Source of the DNA: Phoronis australis
Taxonomy: Eukaryota; Animalia; Phoronida
DNA length: 64,000 nucleotides
Reading direction: 5' to 3'
NCBI GenBank assembly: GCA_002633005.1
Contig: NMRA01000301.1
Span: 1 to 64,000, forward strand
Below the pieces are notes generated by a model. It did not search any database. It worked only from the letters and a program-made list of their open reading frames with translations, and was not told where the DNA came from. Both the position numbers and the translations under genes were made by a program. This document shows, in pieces, positions 38,812 through 53,305 of the stretch (its first letter is position 1; each line of letters starts with the position of its first letter).

Positions 38812-41800
38812 TTCTCTATTCCAATTGATAACACCATGACGTGTTTTTAGAGCCCATGCAGACCCATACAGATGATTTCATGCATACAACCTGTTTGATA
38901 TTTTAGATTATCTTACAAAGAGAAACTATAATCAGGCAAGTAAATCACGAAAGACAGTGAACAAAATTCGTCACTATTCTCAGAATGTCCTACCAGTAAA
39001 TGTTTGAATGCAACCATGAGGGCCATTATCTGGATGCTCATGGATGTTCAAATAAATGGAAGTACGACGTTTTATTCAAAGGGAATGAGAATGGGAATTG
39101 TCTAACAAAGTCATCTTTTTCGGTGCACTCTAATCCCAAACATCCGTGTCATAAATGGCAAAAAAGGGTTTATGGAGTCAGGATTCTTTGCGTGTTTCCG
39201 CTCAAGCAGACGTTGTCAACAGCCCTTAAAGGTAGAACGTTTCTTAACATTGTCATTTAACTAAATATGCAACTTTTAGAAAAAATCACAAAGATGAGAC
39301 GATTTCATTACCCATACACAAGCCTGTTGAAGGTAAATGTTATATGCTTTTCAAGTTTTGTCCTATACGCTGATATTGCTATTTAGGGACTGGTCTGAGT
39401 AACACCTTGATATACACGCAGACAAGCCTGAATGAGTATAATCGCGTTTGTTAGTTTGCCGAAGGACCGACGTCGTCCCCCAGAACCTTCCCAATCATCA
39501 CCACTTTCACCCTGACCCATATCCTTTGCGCTACTGCTGCATCACCACTAATTTGAGTTAAATGTTGTCACCAGGCTACATAGAAGAATTGACAGAAGGG
39601 GAGGCAACGGCCCGTCACCCCCCCCCCCCCCCCCCCCCCCCCCCCCNCCCCCTGACCCCCTTCCTTCGCTTCCGAACTGTCAAAGCCCTCTAAACTACAA
39701 AAAATATCTTCAAAAATATATGCAAATCAACTTACCATATGCGAAAATCGTAATGTTTGTAATGCATTATTTTATAAAATACATGTTAAGCAGTGAAAAA
39801 GACCAAATTTTAGACTTAATGTATGTACATGTATTACACTATCCTATTACTCTAGATCCATATCCACGCATGATATATCCATTGCTAGCTTTCTCATTGA
39901 AAATGGGCAAAATCAGCCGGTTGAAAAATTGCAAGAACTCATATTTTTGAAAATTCACTATTTAAATGTCAAACCTATTTCTGGATCTTATCGTCAAATG
40001 CATTCTCAGAAAAAATCATACTTATTCTTGCAAATTTGACAGCGTTTTTACTGAAACAAGAGTCGAAATGCCATTTTGCAAGATCGGCTAGAAATCGAAA
40101 ACTAGGCTTCTGTAAGAAAATTCAAAGGTGACATAGTGCATAACAGGCGTAGACGAAGTCTAGGTAAAAGTTCAGGAAAATCTCTGACGATCGATGTAGA
40201 AGCACTCGTTGGTGCTCTCAGAAATTGCTTCTTAAACCTTCTTACGTTGGTTCAAGTCGACAACTCTCCAGTGCTGTGCGGGTAGGATGTACCAATGTTT
40301 TACGAAAAAAGCAAACTCCTTGAAACATCAATTGATGAGTAAGGACGCCCTTCCATACATTTCGGCAGACAGTGGCTGCTGCTGATAAAGTGGGAGACAC
40401 TTTGATCTAAGACCTTGTCAAAATCTAAAATAATTTAGCAAATTTTGATCAAGCATTGCAAGGGGCTAACAGTGAAATTTATTAATCTGCTTTTATATTT
40501 ATGAGACACTATATAGTAAAGGAATTTCTGTCCACCAAATCTGAGTCGGGATTAATCGGAATCATTTTTGTGCTCTCATTACTCTAGAGAGCGTCAATAT
40601 GAAGAGTCTGCTATTGAGACCATGTCCATAATGTGAAGCTTAGGCACATACTGTATTTAGGTCAGAAAGCATTGGCTGGTTGACGAGGAACAAAATGGGG
40701 GATAGCTGAGATTATGTTAATGAACTTATGAATAGGCATTGAGTTTGACGTAGAATTGTCCTCGCGGTGTTTGAATTCCACTGCCTCTGACACGTTTTTT
40801 TCGGGTCGGGTTGTTGTGGTGCCTGAAACACATTAGCCATCCATCGTTGAAAGCGTGTTTGCAAATGCCATTTGGCCAATACAGCAATAATTTTATGTCT
40901 GTGCATGATATCACACATGTGAAACTACAACCTACCAAACATGTCCGTCATTACTCCTGACGAATGTCATGTTTTTGTTATGAATACTGCTTGTGACACT
41001 GTACCACTTACTTTATTAACAGCTTTAGTATTTAAAGACAATTGGCACTGAAATTTTGTTTTGAGTCACTCAGAATCGTTGCCTGCCATAACTGGTGATC
41101 AGGATTGCGAAACTACCCGGTTACCATGGTAGGGATACTCAATTCAGTTTATCAACAGCACCCCATAACTGCACAAAGGATCAATGCAAGTACTCTTGGC
41201 AAGGCATTCTTGCATCAACCGTGAATTTGCCCTAAAACCTAAGATTGTTGATGGTGAATGACAAAATACCTGGGTAGCATGACATCGGTGCAAATTTCGG
41301 CTTGACATCCCACAGGATTTTGCAAGTGACGTGGCATTTATAGCTTATGGTTTTGGTCACTGTCAGCAGCTTGTTTCCGTCAGAGAAGAACCGAATCGCT
41401 TATTGTACATATGCATATAGGCATTAGTGAATGCAACAACACATTTGTTGATGTTTTATATCTGAACAAATTATACAAGAAATATAATACTTCAATGGTC
41501 TCCTTGCATTACATTCAGATACGATTCATATTTCCATAGTCCACAGTTACAACTGAACCGATTATTACCTCCACTGTGTAATGTATCGACTAACACACAT
41601 CCCATTCTCATCAATGTAACCTGTTTTCAATTAGTTGGTTGGATGGTTCTGTTACTTTTTGAGTTTTCCTATAACCTCAGGAGAAAAACACTGTATGCCA
41701 AAATCGACATTATTTCCTTCATTTTGCTTTAATTATTGCAAGCAGCTAACTGGCAAAGGACTGCCGATATTAGAATGTGGTCGTTGCAGTTTCTTTATCA

Positions 41801-42607
41801 AGAAAATTGCTATAAGGAGCCAAGGTTGGCATTCGATGGCTCATAGCTTATAGCATTTTACTATAAAATTAAAAGTGATGGCCAATTGAAGGAAATTTAT
41901 GACGATGATCCAAAGAGATTTGTGAACTTTAAGGATTGGGTCACTTGAATGAAATTCAAATAATTGTTTCTTTCAAATCAAATGTGTTGAAAACTACTTC
42001 GTTTGCTCCACCAAATCGCAGGAGGAAATTGCCTTCAAGTGTTCACAATGTACGTCATATGTTCACCACAAGTGGTCCGTTAAAGATCCACGCAGCGGTA
42101 ATTCCGAATTCACTAATTCCTGAACGTAAAAACAGGTTAGTGAACTTCATTAGGTTCCTGGTATTGTGTTGTGTAATCACGAACGTTAATTTGGCTTATT
42201 AAAAATCCGTCAACAATGGTTCTGTATCAGTAAGTAACGGGCAACCTCAAAGGAAGCTGCTTCCGTAGTTGCTAGTTGTCTTGTTGGATGTGCGAAGCAT
42301 CACCTCATGTGGTCTACTGATGAAACATTTTCGAAACCCGCACCGTGGCACTGTACATACACGGGCCTTTGTCTGCACTTGGTGAACTTTCGCAAATGTA
42401 CGTATCTACGGCTGCACATGATTGACTTTGCCGGTTTCACCAGGACAACCCGGCGGCTTAGACATCTGATAACTCTGTAGTCGTCCTTGGAAACCAGTCA
42501 AGTGCCAAGACCGATTGACCTGGCGACGTCAATCAAGTACAGCCTATAATACAGGTGACACACTGAAATGAGTTGAGGAATTCACATGATTCGAGAAAGC
42601 CAACACT

Positions 42608-43036
42608 TCATCCAACAAGGTTTCTGAGTCGATGCCGTTCAGCTGACATTGGTCGAATATGCTTAAATAACACGCTACGGTTCCATGGAAGTTTGCTGAA
42701 TCCATAGCCACGTTTCTTTTCTATCATACCTCCAGATGGTGCATCGATGGACTTTCCTGGATCAGCAGTTTCTCCGAAGTCTCCTTTGCTAAGGTTTCTG
42801 GTGGAGATATTGGTTTCAATTAACCGTTTTTGGTTTGTTGTAGGAGCGTAGTCTAAAGTCATTGCTCGATATGGTTTTCCTGCTCCAGGTCTTGGGCGGC
42901 TCCTATGCCAAGGAACCTTGGACATGACGTCACCGTATCTCTTACTGTACTCGCGGGTGTCGTCGCGACTTTTCAGGTCGTTATTAACCAAGTCTGTTTC
43001 TGGCGCCTGCAATCTTGATTGGCGACTAAGCTTACT
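42608..43036 (-). CDS. Probable terminal coding exon of an unrecognised gene with a repeated SK[VL]PW[HN]RS motif
   Basis: Longest ORF in the track; hydrophilic; candidate acceptor ttgtgtttttgaag; repeat conserved at protein level; dibasic sites; ends ...RNLVG-stop. Confidence 0.6.
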   Translation of the reverse strand, partial: SKLSRQSRLQAPETDLVNNDLKSRDDTREYSKRYGDVMSKVPWHRSRPRPGAGKPYRAMTLDYAPTTNQKRLIETNISTRNLSKGDFGETADPGKSIDAPSGGMIEKKRGYGFSKLPWNRSVLFKHIRPMSAERHRLRNLVG

Positions 43037-46000
43037 CTTCAAAAACACAAATCGTTGACACAAGTCCAGCAAACTTCTATCCGAGCAACAAAGACTTTCA
43101 TCCACGCCCAAATGGAAGTTGCACAAAATACACGTGGAAACAGATTTTTTGTCAAAGTTGCATTCGTTTTCTGCCTGGTTTGCGTTTTCAACTGGCGGAC
43201 GAGCATAGCTAACGATTGCTATCGCAGCGATGTATACCTAAAATGGAAATCGTGTGGTTATTTCTTGACAGCCATTATCAGTCATATAGAACTTGATTTT
43301 GTCAATTGCCGGTTTACAAAGAAAGTTGAAGGCCTGCTAAGATACCTCATTCTTTAGATACATGAAAAATGGTGTATAAGAAGCAAAATTTAAAGATAAT
43401 AATTTGGCATCTTATCACCTGTATAAGCCATTTTTAAATAGTTTTTTAACTTTGTTTGATACACAGAAAAATTGAAGGGCAGTGAACTTTACGCTTATTA
43501 TGAGTTAACTGTAACAAGCAGGAAAGTATTTCGTGAATGAGTACTAATTGACTGATTTCTGTAAAACGGTTCAAATGAAAGAAAGCGGAGTTCACAGTTT
43601 ACTTAAATTCCCGCTTTCCGGTCACCATCACACTCGCACAACCTAACCCCGACCCCGGATTTTTTATATCCAGATGGACATGTCACCACTGTCGGTTTTC
43701 TTCGCCATCAGTGATCAGAATCTTAAACACTTCCGTTGTCAATCATTTTGCAAGTCGTTCTCCTGATCATCTTCCACATTTTAGCCGTAGAAATTGCCAC
43801 TGGGTTTGCAGGGCATCATTAAATACACATGAACGTTTGCATCCCCATACTTTTGAAAGTATCACATCTGACGTCACAAATTATTGGAAGTTATAGGCCA
43901 ACAACTACCAACCTTCCACGACCCATGTGTTCGTGTGTGCATGTCTATCCGAGCGTGCACTTGCGGGTTTGCGTGAGCATGTATATACGCGTGTGTCCGC
44001 GAAAGTGGGTATGCATTGTCGGTATACTTCGCTCATTGTTCACTGTTCTTCTTGGCACTGTCATTGCCAATTTGTTTCCTACTGCATGAGTTCTCCTAGT
44101 GAGATTCACCCATCTAAAAACTTGAATTATCTTGCGGCGATGGGTGTCAACTATCGAAGTAATTACTCATCACCAGCGGATCGAGATTTCCGCGTTATTA
44201 CATGCAAGTCGCTGGCAGGTGTCATCTATAGCAAAGAATGTTGCTCATTTTAATGACTAAGTGGTTATTGGTGTAAATAAATTATGAATGCTTCGAACAC
44301 CAATCAATCTTTGAGAAATTTGCGCATTACGCTGGGGGCAGGAGGGGCTGCACATTCGAGCATAAGATTATGAAAATTCGAGCAGAACAAGAAACGAACA
44401 GGACAGCACAACCTCCAATTAAACACACTTGGAAAATCAAGAGAATCAGATGCATTAGATAAAAAATAGAACTTCGGTTTGTCAATTGTTCTCGAAAATT
44501 GAAGCAGCAATGTCTCCGAAAATCAATCAGGATTTTATAAAAATTTGTAGATCATCAGACAAGCTATCAAACTTTCAAAAGAGATTGTTAGAATTTGAAG
44601 GCAATAACCAGAGTTCGAGGAATGACTCTAGGCGAACCTTGAACAAACCTGCTACTGAGTAGTGCCCGACAGCCTTGTAATAGCAGAATATCGATACATT
44701 CTCCAGAGGACTTCTAAGAGTAAGATTTCTTTTTTGAAAATAGTTGCTTGGACATTCGTGTATTATTTATAAGACAGGGAGTTTTTGTGCGACATTAATT
44801 GTGTGGATTAGGCTGTCTAGGGTGATGTTTGGGAGTCACCATTAAGATTAACCGTCAGGTTTAAAAGTCCTCGCAGCTTCGACAGCGATAGATATATGTA
44901 CACTGGTATTTTTGGAAAAAAATTCATAATCAACTCCAAAACCGTAACATACTGAACCACCGGATTGCACAATGTTAACTGACTAGATTTCACTTTACAA
45001 TGTTGGCAAGTCGTTGTTGTTGTTACGTTTATAGTACTACTACTAATAATAATAGTGACTAACATTATTGTAATGTTATTATAATTTCATCTAATAGTAC
45101 CATGATAGTACTTTCAGCTCTTTATTAAACGTTCTTAGTAGAGCTGCATGTTGTTCATATTTTATGATAAATATTTTTTCGTTATTTCTTGTAAAATTTT
45201 GATTTTAAAGTTGCATTTTGCCTTGTTTAGCAGGCTAGAAATCGAAAATTGAATTCGTGTTTTTACTCTCATATAATCGGCCACTAAATATTATTTACTG
45301 CGATGGGGTTAAATTTCCATCATCAACTCAAGTCACAAACAGTACATGTAAGCCAATTTCGAATTCACAGTTTTATTGTTACCAACACTTCATTAGCTCA
45401 GATCTACAACAATACAAAGGGCGCGCTTAGTAGGTATCATTAAAAGTTGTATGGGGCTTAGGGAATCGGAGCGGTGATCAATGTAAGCGAGAATTTCTCC
45501 TCATGTAACAATGACAAACAAACTTTGGATTTTTTGTTTTTTTATGAAAAAAATCAAAGTTGCGAAATACGAAAATGACTTTCGAAAATTGTAACATGGT
45601 TTCATATATTTTATTTCGGAAGTTTATACCAAACAAATTTTGTTCATGTTATTGATACTGATTTTAGCTAAAGACATGTTCACGTGACATAATTAAGCAA
45701 CTTCAAATGCATTACACTCACGAGTTCAGATACACGCATAATCCCTTATTAATTGAAAGTTATGACCACCGGTGGTGTTATTATAAACAAATGAGGGATT
45801 AAATAATTCATCCTTTAATCCATCGACGTGAGTGGCGAACGAGATGAGCAACCCGATTAGTGGTTGTATTCTTACGCGATGTGAAGCTGTAGAACGCAAT
45901 AAATTGGGAACAGGTCATTACGAACCAAAACGAGCGCGTGAAGCGATAATAGTCTGCAATATAAATGCTAATGACATATCCACCGTTTGGCGTCAGAGGA

Positions 46001-47945
46001 TTGGAAATGGTTGCAAGCCATTGTTAATGTTAATACTTATATGTCATATCATAAATCGACATAAGCCTATTTCCCACCAATAATACGCCACATCTCCAAT
46101 TAACGTACAATTACGATTTTTAATTACGTCGAATCCTTTTTGGGATTTGCGGAAATAGCTGTCGGAAACGGCACATTTGGCTTTCTTTGTGAAAATCGGC
46201 TTCAATCGCGGTAATCTGAATTTGGTCACATCCGTCACACAACAGTGACGCAATGTTTATGCTTCGCACATTACACTTAGTTTCCAGACTTAGCCACGAG
46301 TTGCCCAGCTATGAATCTCCCACAACCTCCTTGAAGTTATTACGCCAATAGTTGCTCGGTCATCGGAAATCCGTTGTTTGACGTTTGGCATAATCCAGAA
46401 TTAATTTGAACCTAAACCACAAATCGACAGTTATGAGATTGTTCGTAAACGCTTCATTGATCTAGATGTTTTGAACGACGCTTGTCTAATTGGTACCACT
46501 AACACGTCACTCAAATAGGACCACGGACATTGAGAAAGACATAAATACTATGCGGCTAATCATTTCCCGTTAGGTCTGTAAATTCCAATATCGCAACGTG
46601 GTTATTGTTTTCCTTAATTTCCTGTCGAACGTTTTCCTCACTGAACTTATTAGTCGGGAAAATTTTCAGCAACGACAGGATATGTACACGCATCTATCAT
46701 TTAGTTTCTTGCCTGTTTCATTAACTTATCCAGTATTCGAGGAACATACCAATGATCAGACAACCCACTGATTTGAGAAATTAAAAAAACAAGTTTACTC
46801 GTGCGAAGCGCTACGTCAAAAGTGACAGGTAGCTTGTCAACTAGGTGTCGTCACTGCCTTGTCCGCGTGCGCCGACACTGGAGTCCCACAGAGGGAATTA
46901 AAGTAGTAAGTAAGTCAACGCAAGCTTAGAAGTTGTACTCATACATTGTATCTGAGAACAGGCTTAGCGCGGATCCATACCTGTAATCCCGCGGTCGTAG
47001 TCAAAACTAAAGCTGGCAAAGATAAATCGCACCTCGAGAATTGTCAAAAGTAATTTAAGAGTTCAACACAAAGAATTTTGATGATTTACCAGTTCAGAGC
47101 TAATAACTTATAACATTCACCAATGTAAGCAATAATCCTAAGCCCGGCGTTTTTTGAGCTTCTCGCTATTCCCTGCCTGACGAACCCAGTTCGTTCACGG
47201 CACGCGGACGAGGTCATACATTATCCTGCGTACTTCCGCAAAATTTAATAAAAACGGCTAAGTAGTCTGCCCAAGAGACGTCTGAAATCATGATTTAAGT
47301 CAGTTGACAAGTCGCAAAAGTACGCGACGGTCATGCACTAACCTTGGCCTACCTCAGTTCTGTCAAGTTTTGTTTAAAACCTGTTTTCAAGGGAATTGTC
47401 AGTAAATCCAATGACATTTTCCCTCATTATCGAGTGTCAAGTGATTAGCTGTTATCCCCGAACTTTACCCATGCGTACAGCATTTAAAATAAAATATAAA
47501 ATATTCTGGATGGAAGAATGCATGTGACAACACGCGGGCCGGCGTGGCAAATCCTTCCATTCTCTAACCTTTCAAAGTCCCGTCACAAAATGAGCTTTTC
47601 GCATGAATTTCTATGAGTTAAGAACATTTTTATCTACAAATATTCAGGGCAAAATCTTTTAGTTACGAAGTCGAACGCCATCAATAATCGAGGGAATACG
47701 CGTAATTCCCTCATATGACGGCCGTGTTAGCAAACTGAATTCCCCGTTTTGACGGCAGAACACGAGAGAAAATTGTTATCAGAGTAGCTGGATAGATCTT
47801 TTTACGTGGTGTATGCTGTATGTACATTAGCTTCGTCCCGATTTCCAGCAAGCTCAAAATGCAGTCGAGAACTTGACTGTGCTGATTTTCTTTCCTGAAA
47901 GGTCGCGTGAATTAAATAACATGATAGGCGTAGTCACTTTTACAT

Positions 47946-48086
47946 TTAAGAAGGCAGTAACGAATACATCAAACACCGTTTAAGAACGCTGTAACGAACA
48001 CACACCGTTTAAGAAGGCTGTAACGTGTATACATGTACATCATACACCGTTTACGAAGGCTGTAACGAATACATCAAACACCGTTT
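47946..48086. repeat. Minisatellite, 4 x ~34 bp
   Basis: Unit ttaagaaggctgtaacgaatacatcaaacaccgt with variants. Confidence 0.9.
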
Positions 48087-48480
48087 ATTAGCAATTTTGT
48101 TAATATTTCGCATGTAGTGACATATTCCAAATCAGCCCTTGTAGGAAGAGCCATCGTTCCTAGCATTGACCGATCATGAACAAAAATAGATCGGAGTCCC
48201 TTAGTTAGTGGTTAAACTAGTCTACCATCTACATGTATGTAGAGTCTTGGACGCAGCGGACCTCTGGCACATCTTTCTTAATCACCTTTTACGTTTTTGA
48301 TCAATGCATGAACTTATAAAAGTGCTCTCTTATGGAAATTAATGCCGCGTGTGACATACCGCTCTTTACGCAGAACCTCAACTATGAAGGAAAGAGAGCA
48401 TATGTTACTGACTGAAGTGTATTCAAAGATAAGATTTTTTGAAGTGGGATACTGCTTATATGCTGCATGTAATCACTTAC

Positions 48481-48516
48481 AGAGGGTGGATCTGTTGAGC
48501 TACATTTGCAACCCAT
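48481..48516 (-). CDS. Candidate first coding exon MGCKCSSTDPPS (myristoylation/palmitoylation-type N-terminus)
   Basis: aatATGG context, donor gtaagt at phase 0, upstream acceptor tttacattccctag near 48589. Confidence 0.35.
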
Positions 48517-51500
48517 ATTGACTACGACAAGGCGACTTGTAGGTTTGTAGGTGCTTTTATTCTTTACATTCACTGAACTAAATTTTGTCTAGGGAATGTA
48601 AATAATTGCAATGACGCTGGAATATGAAACTGTATCATAAATAAACGATAAGCATATTGCCTATGTTTAAAAAAACTGTTTTGCAACTCCGCGGGTATTG
48701 TGAGAACAGATGTTACTTAACTCCCCCACTGGCCAATGATTGATGCAGCGTTGCCCAACATGTTAAGGTAAATCGGACAGGGCTGTGTGAACATTTTACA
48801 AGAATGGGGATAGCGGAACGATCTTGTAGTCGGAATATTCTCACAACGTGGATAAAGTCGAAAAATACACACTCAAACGTTTACGTTCAAAAGAATGTAT
48901 TTTGACTGATCCGCTGTCAAAGAACCTTGTGTTACAGTCACTGACAGCTTATTCATTGTGGACTTTTTTATGACGTAGAGGATCACGTGACAGTCCCCCC
49001 GCGTTTTTAAAATTTGTCAAAGTAATTGTACTTTAATAAAAGTTAAATAATGTATAAAATGAAGTTAAAAATTTATTTGATAATAAACTGAAGAATATCG
49101 ATGAAAATGCACTTGGAAATTTCAAGATCTTGTGTAGTGAGGATTTTGCCCGTTAAACATCTGCAACCCCCATCCTCCTAAGTCCGCCATTGGTGGTGGA
49201 CTTCAGTTGTAAGTTATAACTTTTCAACCCAGTAATGTACCAGTCATGTTGCCCTTTTGGTGGAAGTATGGTAAGCATTAAAGAGGCATTATCGTCAACA
49301 CAAGTGAATTTGTGAGATCAGAATCGAATGCAATGCCTGCGTAACAACCAAACGCTCTGCTGGCGTAGCTGAACCCAACTCGATCAATGACATAGTGTTG
49401 TTCACGCAGTTTAAACTCGTAAAGTTACCACACTCGATTTCAGCAATTTGTGATAAAAGCACACAGCATTTTTAATTCATTGCTCGTGAGAAAGATAGTA
49501 ATTATAAGAAATCTGTGTCATAGAATATGAAATCCAAAAAGCGTTCTTCGCCTAATAGTGTCATCAGTTTTGTCGTCTACTGTTCTTGACGCAAGTTTAA
49601 TTTTAGTTAAAGGAAAATTCTTCAGCCTCGAGACGAACAGGATGATGAGACAAATTAAACCTCTGCGACCTTTTCTGATAATGAACACATATTGCCTTCA
49701 TAAGCTTTAGTGAGAGAATAAGACCCTCTGATCACTTTCCTTTTAATGATTATTTTTCTTGATATTAACGCCTCCTTCAGAGCTTTTTAATTGAGTTAGG
49801 ATTTGATGGATTTGGCAACACGCGTGTGTAGGTTGCATTAGTCGAACATTTCACAAATCATCGCATTATCTTGTCTAGGTTGTGTACGGATAATTGTTTT
49901 ATTTAATGAGATTGCAACCTAGAATTACAGTGATGCGATTTAAACATTTTACATTTTGACAATGACTTAAACTCAATGAACTTGCTGTGGACAGGTTTGG
50001 TAATGAACGGTTAATTACACATCACATAGTGGCTAAATGCACTCTCACACAGGAGCTGTCTGAAAAGGGACCACAACAATTTGGCGGAGTATTTTGGAAA
50101 AAAGCTAACCTACAAAGCACCCAATGATGTATACAAGGAAAAGACACCCGGTAATATTCTCAGGACGTGTACTTTATATTAATTTTCTATTTGTTCACCT
50201 TACAAAATATTTTTAATTTCAATCGTGATATCAGCACACGGTTTCTGTTACGGTATGCTATATACACCTGTAGCCGAAAGTGACGAATGTTGTGTCCAAT
50301 TATATTGCTTTAAACCACATTTAACATTGTTTTGACAAGTGACTACATGTACATTGTCATCATCATTGAACCTTCCTTTATAGCACTATATATCAAAACG
50401 GTGAGTTCAATATCCCAAAAGATGAGAAAAGAGAAGAAAAGTTCCACGGACACCCAGCACCAAAACGCGAGGAACTTGTATCACATTCGCGCTTCTCCGA
50501 TGTCCGCCGCAAAGCAAAAGAGCGACAGAATGGTCAAATATTGAGTTATCACAACCACCACAAAGTCAACGCCTCACCATTATTTATTATAATATAAACC
50601 ACAGCTAAACGAGCAGCAATTTCTTACGACTTTTAAGATTGAACGCAGTGTAGGATAAAACGTGCTGATCCACGGTGGTATTTGAAGCATGGCCAAAGAG
50701 GAAATGATAAAATTCCGAAAAAGGGTGCTGTTTTTTCCTCAACATATTTTACTGGAATTTTAAAAGTGTTGTCAGTTTTCCATTATTCACATCGATTTGT
50801 TAGGATGGAGGGAAAGAAGCGGGGGTGCAATGCATTGATTTTGATATCATGCCGTGGAAGTAGAATTCATGAACTCTCTAGCCCCCAGTTTAGAAGACCT
50901 CATGTACGTCATTTTTGTAGACCGTTAAGAGATGTCGGACTTTCCCTTGGATAGGCGTTTTCTTGAGCAGCTGCGTTCTTCATGAATACATTTTATGAGC
51001 TGCAATTACTTTCTCTTCTGCAGCTGTCACCCACGTCGTGCAACGTTAAGACTGTACGACATGACAGCGAATGGAAAACAGGGGAATTGTAAGACAGTCA
51101 AGAGAATGTCGTTTTAAATGGTTTTCTGAGATTGATCTACATGTACAAGTTTTCCATACACCCGTCGCGCTTGGGCGTACACCTGTCATGTGAGAGCCTC
51201 AAATAGGTACGATTAGTGAAAGACATGATCACATTACAGTAGACTGACGACAGTCGTTCGACGGCTTCACCATCTCAGAATACTCTTTTGACTGTCAAAC
51301 GTCAGATGGGCTGCTGCAAACGCGTTGTGCTGCACGTAGGTTTCCCATGGGACGTCATAGTTAGAAGACTTCAATGCAAACATTGTCAATCCCTCCTTCC
51401 CTTTCAGGAACACGCTCTATATTTCCAGGCCCAGAACCTTAGACCAAGTTACAGTGCCAATCCATTTTCCACATTCATGGATGTGTTTTAGGATAGAAGT

Positions 51501-53092
51501 ACAACTATTTTTCTCACGATTGCCATACAAAAATTAAGCATCGGTACACAACATCGTGTTTTCTTGCTACATTGTAAGGAGGCCGATTATTGTCCTAATA
51601 TCGTCGCGTGATTTTCCTTGCAAAGCACCGTGCGTCAATCCCTCTGCCGTAAAAGCTCTACAGGTTTTAAGAATGGAAGTTATCCCATGCGAGACTATAT
51701 TCCCGCATTTTCATTTAAATTACATTCCCGGACAAGGAGACATTAAACCGCGGTACAGGTCCGGCACCCCCTAACCCCTTCCGCAACAGTTTCGCACTAA
51801 TATATACGTGTACCTACATGAAGTCCGGTCAGTCAATTCAAGGTCTTTTCATGTAGCAATTTAAGCGCAAAAAAACACTCAGTAAGTGTTTTTCGAAATT
51901 GACGCCAAGTTTAATTACCCTATAGTACTCATATTCCTGAAATATTTCGAATTTCGTCAAAGCACATGTCTTCGTCACATATCCACGGTTTATGTTGGTC
52001 GGAACCGGGTGTGGTAATACAGTGTATATCCGAATAGAAGAATTTTAGCGATGTTACTTGCCTCTATACGCAATCTTACTTTTACCTGCCCTAAGATTTC
52101 TGATGGCAATTCATAAGCGCCGACGAGATTCCGTCAGCTTTTGCGCTTGAGTTCTTCCGGTGTCTTGCCGGTGTTATACATGTACGGTCACGATATTAGC
52201 ACGGGCTATTCATGTAGCTGTGCCATTAGGTATACACGGGCAATAGCTGTGCCATTTTCACATTTGAGTCATAAGAACATCTTACCAAAGAACGGATTTA
52301 CTAACTAGATTATGCCGAGAGAGAGTTTGCCGATTGCCTCCACAAATAATATTCAAAGTAATCCGAAATTTAATTTTTATATTATTGGATATTACTAAAC
52401 ATCAATAAATAATTAACTAAAACGATTCATTTTAAATTTTGTAGAACAAAAAAATTTCCGTGTTGTAACCCGAGACTTTCAGTACGCGGGGAGCTGTGAG
52501 GGTTCATTTCGGTAGTTAAGATTTAAATAAATTATTCATTGTCGTAACGGATTTATTTTCAAATTTATCCTTGAAAGGTTCGCCCGTTAATGAATATGTT
52601 ACGTCTTAGAGATGTCTCTGTGAAATTTGTTATCGGAAATATTTAATCCGTTAGTGACATTGCGTCAAATTATTTGAGCAATTAAGCTGCCAACAATTTC
52701 TGAAATACACAATGTTGAGGGGTTAGAAGAGCCATCACCCAGTACACTATCTGGTAATGAAATAACTATATAAGAACTTTTTAACATTTTAATGTCACTT
52801 TGATTGATTACAAATTTCCGACAAATTCTGCATTCCGTATCTCCGGTCTTGTACTCTATTATGTAATCTTGTGTGTTGTTCCTGTATTAAGATTTTGACT
52901 GGCTTTTGAAAACATATTACGAAGTTGGGTGCTCGTAATTATCAACTCCGCAAAGTTATTACGTACAAATGATCGTGCCCTGTATCAACGTGTTCAGTCT
53001 TATTAGGGCAAAACACGTTTGTTAGAGGGCTGAACACGTACAGTGTAGAGCTAAGAATTTTTTCAGTTCATAAGCCGTTCTAAACTACACAC

Positions 53093-53305
53093 CATGCGCG
53101 CACCCAGGGGGTGAAGTGGACAAAAAGCCCGCCTCAGAGAAACAAAAACTCCGAAAAAAAAGAAAACTGGACAAAAGTCCACTAAAAAGACAGGAACTAC
53201 TAACATTTGCCAATTGCACATAGCTCTGATCTGAACGTACTCGTGAATCTTAATAAGAGGTCCACATTCTAAAACTTTCCCGCTTTAAGGCTAGGTGCGC
53301 GCATG
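53093..53305. mobile_element. MITE, same family as 31576-31821
   Basis: catgcgcgcacccag ... ctaggtgcgcgcatg; shares ggacaaaagtccactaaaaa. Confidence 0.8.
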
